Source: Setoptus koraiensis (lineage: Eukaryota > Animalia > Arthropoda). Taken from it: DNA of 64,000 bases. The DNA is taken from contig CM106586.1 of assembly GCA_048013815.1 (NCBI GenBank), positions 4,526,001 through 4,590,000 of the forward strand, written 5' to 3'. Positions 49,536 to 59,300 of the stretch are shown here, piece by piece (position 1 is the first letter of the stretch; each line of letters starts with the position of its first letter). Made by a program: the position numbers and the translations under genes. Below the pieces are notes generated by a model. The model had not been told where the DNA came from. It saw nothing but the letters and a program-made list of their open reading frames with translations, and made no database searches.

Positions 49536-50726
49536 ATGTCGAATCCTAAGTTCACATGTGTCGGATGCAGGCTGAAGTTCGAGAACGGCTCATTGCAGAG
49601 AGATCACTTCAAAACAGAATGGCATCTTTATAATGTCAAACGTCGCGTCTGTAGCCTCGATCCCATAGATCTGAAATCCTTCAATGATCTTAAGGAACTG
49701 CAGCGAAATAATCCAAAGCAAGAAACTCCGAAAGAGAAGCGAGCAAACTCCAAAAAACTCAAGCCCCAAGATTCTTCCAATCTCTATTCTAAACAAGAGA
49801 AGCTAGATCGACCAGAAAGCACCATGGAAAATCACAAGGATGTTGATATCGAGGAAGAAATCGACAGTGATGAATGGGAAACAGACGACGAAGACTTCGA
49901 TGCATTGGAAGACGAAGAGGATCCAGAAGAAACAAAAAGAATGATGAAAAATGTTGTAAGACCAGATACCTGTTTGTTTTGCGCTAAACAGAGCCCCACT
50001 GTGATGGAAAACGTCAACCACATGTACGTCCACGGATTCTTCATACCAGAAGAGAGATATCTCGATGATATAGATGGCTTGATAGAGTATCTAGGTTTCA
50101 AGGTTGGTGCGGGCAATACATGTCTATGGTGTAATAAACAGTTCCGATCCTTACATGGGGTTAGATTGCATATGTTATACAAAGACCATTGTAAGATACG
50201 TTACGACCAAGAACAAGCCGTTGCGGAATACGCTGACTTTTATGACTACTCTGACAATTATCCAGATAAAGAAATAAAATCTAAGGATGGTAGCTCATCA
50301 TCGGATGGGGAAGACATTGATTCGAAAGAAATGTGGATTGATGATAACTGGCAAATGCACATACCTCGAGCAGGCAAGTCCATCGGTCATAGGAGTCTAT
50401 TCAAATACTATAAGCAACGTTTGGCCCCAACTCAGGTCAGTGGACCATACGACTTGAACAGAGCAATCGAATATACCAATAATCGCGGAACTGTCAGAAG
50501 AAGTATCAAGTTCCGTCCAGGAGCCCTTTTGCATCAGGACAAAGATGGCTCTATGGCAAATGTTAAGAATAATCTCAAGTGGACAGGCTTGACTGGTAGA
50601 GCTGCTGTAACATTTGCTAACGACTTAAAGAGATTCAACAAATTCAAGAACAAGATAGTTCTCAGAACAGGAATGCAAAACAATATGACCACGCGAGGCA
50701 GAATTCGACCACAATGTCCCATATAA
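49536..50726 (+). CDS. ZNF622: ZNF622/Rei1 cytoplasmic pre-60S maturation factor, intronless, 396 aa
   Basis: First finger FTCVGC...QRDHFKTEWHLYNVKRRV; CLFC...HMYVHGFFIPEERYLDDIDGLIEYLGFKVGAGNTCLWC...HMLYKDHCKI; SIGHRSLFKYYKQ; C-terminal RTGMQNN. No second N-terminal zinc finger is visible. AATAAA follows at ~50756. Confidence 0.93.
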   Translation: MSNPKFTCVGCRLKFENGSLQRDHFKTEWHLYNVKRRVCSLDPIDLKSFNDLKELQRNNPKQETPKEKRANSKKLKPQDSSNLYSKQEKLDRPESTMENHKDVDIEEEIDSDEWETDDEDFDALEDEEDPEETKRMMKNVVRPDTCLFCAKQSPTVMENVNHMYVHGFFIPEERYLDDIDGLIEYLGFKVGAGNTCLWCNKQFRSLHGVRLHMLYKDHCKIRYDQEQAVAEYADFYDYSDNYPDKEIKSKDGSSSSDGEDIDSKEMWIDDNWQMHIPRAGKSIGHRSLFKYYKQRLAPTQVSGPYDLNRAIEYTNNRGTVRRSIKFRPGALLHQDKDGSMANVKNNLKWTGLTGRAAVTFANDLKRFNKFKNKIVLRTGMQNNMTTRGRIRPQCPI

Positions 50727-51289
50727 ACCGATACAGTCTGTTTACCTATGTTACTAATAAACAAAAAAAAAATTAACACAATGTTGTCAACCCATAGTAA
50801 TGATCTTGCGATTTTGTCGCGAACATTATCGATCAATTGGTCAGATGGTACTATTGACAATCCGATCAGTTGTTTATCCTAAGCTTCTTTGGTCTCTAAC
50901 ATCGATCCAGCTCTTTGTACGATGCTCGTTCTCGCCAAGTTGGATTTCTTCATTAAACCTTCATCGCATGTCTCTCTTTGCATTACAGAATACTAGCTTA
51001 TCAGTTGAGTAGGCAATCGATGATGTGAAATTGACCTCAATAGATAACTTATCATCTCAGATCATTTACTACATAATTAGACCGAACAAACAGACAATTT
51101 AACAGACAATCAATTCGTATTCTTGCTATTATTGATACTTATTAACTGTTGTTTACAGTTCATCTAACGAGATCAAATAGAGAGTAACAGAGAGTAATCA
51201 GTGTCAACGTTTGACATTATTGGTTGTAATACAAATTATTAATGAACAAAACTTGCCGAAATAGGACATCAAAAATCCACTAGATCAGA

Positions 51290-52639
51290 ATGACTTACTT
51301 GAAATTTAAAATTAGCCAGCCCAAATATAGAATTGTGTTCTTTTCATTCGAGGCAATTGGTCATATAAATCCACTGCTTACTCTAGCTGATGCATTGAAA
51401 TCGAGGGGCCATACGACAATTTTTGTCACTACTTACAAGCTAGATATGGCTGATGCTTTAGAGAAACGAGGACATGAAACGTACTTTTGCAAAGAGAAAC
51501 AGATCACTAATGAAGATGATGGTCTCGGTGAAGACGAAAGAAACAAAAAGATGATGGCCATGATGGTAGAAAAGTTCCGAGAGGGTCCATTGGCGTCGTT
51601 CAAACAAACTTACGGAGTTGGAGGTGCGCTTTGGAAACGCTTAGACGATCTGGAACAAAATCATCATTTAATTGAGGCCAAAATTAGATCACTCGAACCA
51701 AGCTTTCTTGTAGTTGATCATGTTATCGGAGTGCCTTGCATATTGAAGATGGGTAAGAAATGGGCTAGAGTTTTTTCAGCTTTGCCAAGCTATCTGTACA
51801 GTTCAGTAAATGAGAATTTTGTTGCGGGGCTCGGTTTGTCCATGAAAGACATGACGCCCGAATACAAACAGCTTGAGTTAGAGACAAAATCACCGATACG
51901 AAAAAGGTTGAGAGACTTTTTCCAGGAGAATAGTGCAGGGGATTGGCCATCCGATATTGACATGTCACCAAGTTCACCTTTTATAAATTTTTACATGGGC
52001 CCCAATGAGTTGGGTTTTGAACAAGAGAAACAACTGAAACAATTACCGGATGTCTGGTTCAAATGCGAGCACTTGGTTAGAAAAGAAGAAGGCACATTTG
52101 AGATTCCGGATAAATTGCAAGACAAACCAGGCAGACTGATTTATTTTTCACTTGGCACATTAGTGAATGGAGATGTACCTACGATAACTCGACTGTTGAA
52201 CTATCTCGAGTCATCGCCAAATCGTTTCATCGTCTCCAAAGGTGTCTCACATGCAGAGTTCACTCTACCAGAAAATATGTGGGGCGAAAAATATGTTAAG
52301 CAAACACTGGTGTTGGAAAAGGTAGACTTGTTTATAACACATGGGGGACACAATTCAATCATTGAGAGCTTTTTTTATGGCGTGCCAATGATAGTATTGC
52401 CAATATTTGCGGATCAATTTGACAATGCCCAAAGAGTCCAAGACATGGGTTATGGGATAAGATTAAATGCATTCGAATGTAACCAAGACGAACTATTGAC
52501 ATCCATTGAAAGTTTACTAGGCAATAAAGAGCTCAAACAAAAGATGAAGATCATAGGTGAACGACTTAGGTCGTTACATTACGCCGACATGGCCGCCGCC
52601 AAAATCGAAGATCTTTTGGTCAACCGGACATGTGGATAG
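51290..52639 (+). CDS. UDP-glycosyltransferase (GT1), cytosolic bacterial/MGT-like mite type, intronless, 449 aa
   Basis: N-terminal GHINP catalytic-His motif and UGT signature QTLVLEKVDLFITHGGHNSIIESFFYGVPMIVLPIFADQFDNAQR. No signal peptide and no C-terminal transmembrane helix. Confidence 0.92.
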   Translation: MTYLKFKISQPKYRIVFFSFEAIGHINPLLTLADALKSRGHTTIFVTTYKLDMADALEKRGHETYFCKEKQITNEDDGLGEDERNKKMMAMMVEKFREGPLASFKQTYGVGGALWKRLDDLEQNHHLIEAKIRSLEPSFLVVDHVIGVPCILKMGKKWARVFSALPSYLYSSVNENFVAGLGLSMKDMTPEYKQLELETKSPIRKRLRDFFQENSAGDWPSDIDMSPSSPFINFYMGPNELGFEQEKQLKQLPDVWFKCEHLVRKEEGTFEIPDKLQDKPGRLIYFSLGTLVNGDVPTITRLLNYLESSPNRFIVSKGVSHAEFTLPENMWGEKYVKQTLVLEKVDLFITHGGHNSIIESFFYGVPMIVLPIFADQFDNAQRVQDMGYGIRLNAFECNQDELLTSIESLLGNKELKQKMKIIGERLRSLHYADMAAAKIEDLLVNRTCG

Positions 52640-53067
52640 CTGTTTGGGCGAGGCAAGTGCAACTAGAGATTCTTGTGGCTTGGATTCTTAACGGGTAAGG
52701 AGAAAAGCTTGAAACTACGGCAGAGCCCATTATGGAATCACACAAAACAAAACAAGAATTCTTAGGAAAAAGACAATCGCGTTCAACAATCGCAAAAGCA
52801 TTATCAACCAGAGCTGATACTGTTTTATTATAATACACTATACAACTGATCTGATGGTCCATCGATCGAGTGACTCTATTGTGGATCTGATCGGTAATCC
52901 TCCATCCCGGGCTTCTTAGCTGCCTGGCGTTTGAGTTTTCTTTGCGTGGTGCTGGCATTAAGCTCATAAGATTGTTCTATCACTTCGGCCTCCAGTTCAG
53001 CCTCATTCCCGTCCAAATGAGTGAGTGATGAAAAGGAAGCAAGAGAAACTTTGGATTAACTGCGACA

Positions 53068-54462
53068 TTAAGAGTCTTGGAATGCATCCAATGTGACAGG
53101 CTTCTTCATTATCATGTCGGCTAGTTTCTCTATCTTTTTCGTTATAGTTGCAGTCACCAGGCATTTGATACAAGATTTTGGGAGCTTCTTTCTCAGTATA
53201 CCAACAATATCATGAGCAGCGTCCACTCTCTCTGGGTCCAGCAGTTTGTGTGCGTCGGCCAATATGAAGTATTTGACTTTTGAAAACTCAAGCTTATGTG
53301 TATGCTGTATGTGATCAATCAGTCGACCAGGGGTGGTTATCAAAATATTTAATCCCTTCCGGATGCGAGCCTTTTCTGATTTTTTTCTCTCGCCTCCAAC
53401 AAGCAGACCTGGCACTACCCAAGTGAATGACCTGCATAACTTGACAAATATCTCATTAACTACGGCCGCTTGTTCTCTGGTTGGCAATAAAATCAACGCA
53501 TGTACTCCATCTGTACGCGAGATCTTTGGCTCAATCTTAGCCAGTGTATTTATGACAGGCACAATGTAGGACAGAGTCTTGCCCGACCCTATCTGTGAAT
53601 TGATAATGTATTCGTTGCAGTTAGGGTCCAATAGTTTAGGAATAGCCATCGATTGTATCTTAGTCAGTTGTGTGATATCGTAGTTCTGTTGTAAGCTAGA
53701 TACCAAGAATGGATGTAATTCTTTGATGTCCTCTATACAGGTATTAACAAACAAATTTGGCGACTTCTCTTTGCGTCTAGGATTTAGTCCAGGAACGAAG
53801 GATCGTCTTTTTTTTCTTTCGGGTGACTGGTTGCGACCAGCGTCCAACAATCTGGGCCCACTACATCTTTTGAGCAATTTCTTTGGAAAGCTGGGTGGCA
53901 AGCCACCGGCAACAGCTTTCACTTCGTCGGGTATGCTCTTGTCGATCTCTTGCGGTCTCTTGTCGGTCTCTTTCAGTCTCTTGTTGGTTTCCGAGAGCCT
54001 ATTGTTGGTTTCCGCGGGCCTCTTGTTGGTTTCCGCGGGCCTCTTGTTGGTTTCCACTGACCTCTTGTTGGTTTCCACTGACCTCTTGTTGGTTTCCACT
54101 GACCTCTTGTTGGTTTCCACTGACCTCTTGTTGGTTTCCACTGACCTCTTGTTGGTTTCCGCGGGCCTCTTGTTGGTCTCTGGCGGCCCCTTGCCGAGGT
54201 CGTGCGGTGTAATTTTAGGGGGCTTGTCTTGTTTGTCGGAAGGTCTTGGACCACATAGTCCAAATTCATCCAAACATGGTAACTTGTGTTTGGGGATATA
54301 AACTCTTCCCTCGTGGGCCGGCGTGTGACTCCTAAAGAGTTTGCTAGTGAGTTTTTGGTTGTTTTTGATTTTTGATCCGTCGGGTAAACGTTCGGGCAAT
54401 TTCTCGGCCCTCGCTGGTCCTCTGGCACTTGAGCATGAGATGTTCAGTAAAAGGTTATCCAT
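53068..54462 (-). CDS. DDX31: DDX31/Dbp7-derived protein: N-terminal RecA domain only, DEAD box degenerate (ADAH), with a 7-aa repeat insertion; possibly a pseudogene
   Basis: SQIGSGKTLSY, KISRTDGVHALILLPTREQA and FTWVVPGLLVGGERKKSEKARIRKGLNILITTPGRLIDHI are DDX31-specific. The ORF stops right after domain 1 (KPVTLDAFQDS*), and no helicase-C motifs are seen before the UGT. Confidence 0.82.
   Translation of the reverse strand: MDNLLLNISCSSARGPARAEKLPERLPDGSKIKNNQKLTSKLFRSHTPAHEGRVYIPKHKLPCLDEFGLCGPRPSDKQDKPPKITPHDLGKGPPETNKRPAETNKRSVETNKRSVETNKRSVETNKRSVETNKRSVETNKRPAETNKRPAETNNRLSETNKRLKETDKRPQEIDKSIPDEVKAVAGGLPPSFPKKLLKRCSGPRLLDAGRNQSPERKKRRSFVPGLNPRRKEKSPNLFVNTCIEDIKELHPFLVSSLQQNYDITQLTKIQSMAIPKLLDPNCNEYIINSQIGSGKTLSYIVPVINTLAKIEPKISRTDGVHALILLPTREQAAVVNEIFVKLCRSFTWVVPGLLVGGERKKSEKARIRKGLNILITTPGRLIDHIQHTHKLEFSKVKYFILADAHKLLDPERVDAAHDIVGILRKKLPKSCIKCLVTATITKKIEKLADMIMKKPVTLDAFQDS
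53935..54180 (-). repeat. 21-bp coding tandem repeat (ETNKRSV/ETNKRPA) x~11.7
   Basis: Directly visible in DNA and protein; five identical ETNKRSV units, degenerating toward the C-terminal side. Confidence 0.95.
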
Positions 54463-54609
54463 TTTGTGGCATTCGCTTTAGAAATTAATATGCAATTATA
54501 TAGTACCATGCTGCCTTGAGAGATGTGATTTGCGAATATCCGAAATGCGGCAACTTTTATTCTAAGCATGCGCGAAATTCGAAATTTACACGGTGAACAA
54601 AACTACTCT

Positions 54610-55233
54610 ATGAACTTTTTCCAAAGCCCGTGCACTTGGTTAAAGAGAATTCCGACAGGGCGGCGCTTTTCGAAGCAGCGCTAGCTCAACTCACGCACTC
54701 GACGAGCTTATTGAAATAGAGAAGCGCCCTCTCTAGAACATCTCTGGCACATATTCGATCGATTATGTCGCTCAACAACTGCTATGGCCCAATAAAGTAA
54801 TCTTTTCTTTCGGGTAACCCGACAGGCGCGTATAGATTCACACAGCAACCGCATAATCGATATCTGATAATAATAAGACATTGTTATATCGCTCTGAGTT
54901 GGCTTATTGACACTGATGAACAAAGCTATACCAGCACATTCAGTAGCGTGGGCCAAATTTCTAAAATCTTTATATCTCCATCTGAATAGATTACGGTGGC
55001 TCCATCTTGCAAGACCCTGGCCGTCACGATCAACTTTTGGAACGTCTAGTCTGGCGAGTCGTGCAAGCAACGATCACCCCATGTGAGTTTGAAGGGATCT
55101 TTCTCATTCTTCTCTTTGTGACATTGGAACAATCACAAGAATTCTAATTGGAGCCGACGACGGAAAGTTCTACATTCTCTGGCTCACATTTTATAGATCG
55201 GATGGCAAGTGTCGCATGTTTGCAACATGTTAA
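54610..55233 (+). pseudogene. WD40 pseudogene, best resemblance WDR18/Ipi3
   Basis: Frame-disrupted pieces EKRPL*NI...VAQQLLWPNKV, FSSVGQISKIF...TINFWNV*SGE...PHVSL and CDIGTITRILIGADDGKFYILWL parallel the order of WDR18 segments as I recall them (QQKIMCPGPV; TVKLWEVSSGE..FDVSI; MDLAEHHMFCGGSEGSIFQVDL). Multiple stops and frameshifts. Recognised by eye only. Confidence 0.45.
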
Positions 55234-56312
55234 GTGGTGTTTTTTTTCTATTTATAGACCCAATAAATATAGATGTCGTTGAAATTTCTAGTTCTATAAA
55301 GAAGTGAAAAAATGTATGCGATAATAACGTCATCCGCGTTTTACGTTTTACGTTTTACAAGTTTTGTTTTGTATTTATTATGATTTATTGCATTCTCTAC
55401 GCAGAACTAGCTACCGTAACAACAATTGAAACTCAAAAATCTTACAGGACAATTTAATCGGTATGCCATCACAATAGGCTATAAGCGTTATAAATTTCTG
55501 CTTGAGCACCATTGGCACATAGAATTGACAGAATATAGAAAACCCAGATAAAAGATATTCAGTTAAAGAAGAGATACAAAGTATTCGCTCACTTAGTGGT
55601 GATAAATTGCGGCACACTCTATGGACCGCTGAACTAAATAACAGAAATAATCAATCAACAGGCAACCATTATGCCTACTACTCATGACACAAGAAACAGT
55701 TACCCGACAGGTAGATTGGTGATCATGTTGAATGGAACATTTAAAAAAAACTTTTTATTTATAGTCACCATTTTATTATATAATCTAATATTGTTTGACA
55801 AGTTCATATTGATTCAGTCAACAGGTAGACAAGCAACACCAACAGGTTGGCTCAGGGATAAGATTGGTGGGTTGATAACTAAGCTCACGATCAACTACTC
55901 GCTACCCTGTGGTTTTGTTTTCATTTCTTTTCGATTAATTTGGCCCGCTTTTTCATCTCATAGCGATCTATTTCTGAAATTCCTCTAGCACTAAACATCA
56001 GCTATTTTCTTTCGCCACTTTCATAACTGTTTTTACTGTTTGCATCATTTCCTAACTCATCTCGTTCCTTTTTTATTGACAAAAACTTCACGAACATATA
56101 TACATATTTTTTTATATTTCATTGCGTAACTAGACAAATGGTTCGGTCACCACGATCATCCGTCCAGTGATCGATATTATGCAATTCCGATCAATAGTCA
56201 GTATTATCTAGCTAGTTAATCTGTTTGTCCTCTCATCAATAAGCATTAACCTACTGATAGACTGATGATAATGATAATTTAACCAGCCATCAACTATTCT
56301 GTTCCGAAAAAA

Positions 56313-59300
56313 ATGTCCCATTTAACAATTAAAATTACAGCCAGTCCATATAGACAGTCACCTCAATTTGGTTCATCGGCAGCATCGGCCATATCGGATG
56401 GCAATATGCCAGACAACTTCGGGATATCATCAGGCCGGCCACTCATTAGAAGTGGCAACGGTGGTCCGGTCTCTCCTTACGAGGTCAATAATTACTATCC
56501 GTCGCAACCACAATCATTGCAATCGCGCCAAGCTCCAACCATGCCAAGTGGCATACCAACTTACGGAGGTCGACCATATTTGACAAGCGGAAGGCCTGCA
56601 GTAGCGACACCTACTTATGCAAATTACGCGCCTTTCAACTCTGCCCCCTCACCTGGTGCCGCTGTAACTGGACAAGGCAACCAGTTCCCCCGGAATGCCA
56701 GGCCCAACAATAGGCCTGCCATGCAATCGCGAATACCAAAGTTATCTGCAGTCAATCAATTCGACGCTGATGCGAACAAGAATTTTCAATCTCCAATAAA
56801 CTCAAGAACTATGGATGGTAGAGCGATAGAGGAGCCTCTCAATCACAGTGCCCCGATGCGGCCGGAAATACCATCGCGCAATGTGAAACCGACGAGCAGA
56901 ATATCACCAGCAGCTAGAAATATGGATCGTCAACGAATGCCAATCGATAGGCGAGCACAACCTTCAAAACCAACGAAGGGACCTCAAGGCCCTAGACCCC
57001 AGAGAGGCTCAGTTTCAATGAATGATGTGCCGACGAAGCAAAGACAGATGCCCGACTCAAATGAACTGACCAGTGAGCAAAGATATTCACAAGATCCTCC
57101 GAAGCCGAAGCATGAAGACGCTCATGAGTTTGGCAAAAGTGATCATTCGCATAGAACAAATAGTGATAGACAGCCGAATTCTCGACAGAGGTCTAATAAC
57201 GGGTATGAGCACAATGCACCAAAAAGAGGCTCCACTGCCTCGTTACTCGATAAAGAAACGAATGGCGGCGATCAGCAAGTTGAACGTGGCGATCAAACTT
57301 CGGATGCGCGAAGCAGGAGCTCCTCAAAACCGTCAGCGAGCAATCATAAAGCCGAACGATCGGCGACAAATTCTGAACGCCACAATACGGACAAGCGATC
57401 GAATGAGAAACACTCAAATTCGAGCGATAACTCGACAGACAAACATTCTTCCAAAATCGATCAACACAGAAAAAACAGTAGCAGTGATTCGAAATCCCAT
57501 AACGCCAACGAAGAACGATCTAATCAGAGACAATCAGGCAAATCTGACAAGAGTGACTCGAAGAACGGTCAGTACTCAGAAAGTACTAAATTAAACAATT
57601 CTCGTGATACGGATAGTTTGGATGGAAAGCATCGACAGTCAGATAGATCTGGTGCAGGGGGTCCAGGATCGATGGGCCGCGACAGTGAAAGTCAATCACA
57701 GTCTCTTGATCGCGAAAATACAGATATCAATGATCGCTCATATCTCTCTGATAGCAACGAAAATTTTGATTTGGATGTTCAACAACAAACGAGGAACGAC
57801 TCCGAACAACACAATTCAAACGAAAAGACTTCATCCACAAAAGACAAGCATCGATCCCAGTCTCACGATAGAAAACGTGAAAGCAAATCTGACCGAAAGA
57901 AAGACCATCGCGCAAGTTCGGACGAATCCGCTCGCAAGTCTAGATCGACGAGCCGAGAAAATGCAGAGATACACCGCACTGATTCAGATTTGGATGATCG
58001 GAAACAAACGACAAAAAATTCCGAGCATCGAAATTCAAATGAAAAAAATTCATCCCGAACAGACAAGCACCGATCCCAGTCGGATGATAGAAAACGTGAA
58101 AGCAATTCTGACCGAAAGAAAGAGCATCGCGCAAGTTCGGACGAATCCGCTCGCAAGTCCAATTCCTCAAGGCGAGAAAATGCAGAAATGTATCGCTCCG
58201 ATTCGGATTTTGATGCTAAACGACAGACGACAAAAGACTCTGAAAAGCATAATTCAAATGAAAAAAAATCATCCCGAACAGACAAGCATCGATCCCAGTC
58301 GGATGATAGAAAACGTGAAAGCAAATCTGATCGAAAGAAAGAGCATCGCGCAAGTTCGGACGAGTCCGCTCGCAAGTCGAGCTCGACGGAACGAGAGAAT
58401 GCCGAAATGCGACGCTCCAATTCACTCGACAATAGGAAAGACCGACGAGATTCAAAAGAAACCAAAAGACAATCGTCGCGTGCTGCTAGCCTGGATAGGC
58501 GAGATTCTAACAAACGTGCTGACGATTCTTTTGATGATGAATATGACTCTGCGAGTGATGAATCGAACAGGGAATCGCACGATCGCCAAGATCGTGGCAG
58601 AGAATCTGCAGTGTCGTCAGAGAAAAACAATAAGTTTAATAGTGAAAATAGATCTTCGAAGAATGGTCAGTCGCGACGAGATAGCTCTAGTTCTGACAGC
58701 AGTGATCGTCAATCACAAGACAGCCAGAGCGCTGTTATCGATGATTTTAGCAGATCTGCTAGAGGTAGTCGCGATAGAACACGAAAGAGGAACTTGGATA
58801 GATCTTTGGTGAACAAAGAAAAACATAGGAGCGACAAATCGAATCGCAATCTAACAGATGTACGTTCGAATAAAAACGCAAAAGAACGTCTAGATAAACA
58901 ACGAAGACACGAAAAATCATCATCGACTGATAGGTCACGTCAGCGAGATAATGATACCAGCCAGATGTCAAATAGTAGTGATAGTAAACAAGAGTATAAA
59001 AATAGATCACTGAAGGACAATCAACAGCAGTCAAGTGAAACTAGGCGTGATAAACACTCGAGAAAGGATAATAATAGCCTAGACTCTCGCAACAGTGACA
59101 GTAGCAAAAAGGACACTGCCGATGAAAACAACGTGTCTCACAATAAAAAATCGTTCAATAACTTAGAAGACGATTTTACTAGAGAACCCGATAATAGTGA
59201 TAGTGAAATGAGCTCAGAAAACAGCAACAATTTGCAACCACCAATGAATAACCAGGTGGAAAATGATGATTACAGTTTTGACCCCTCACCATCATCAACC

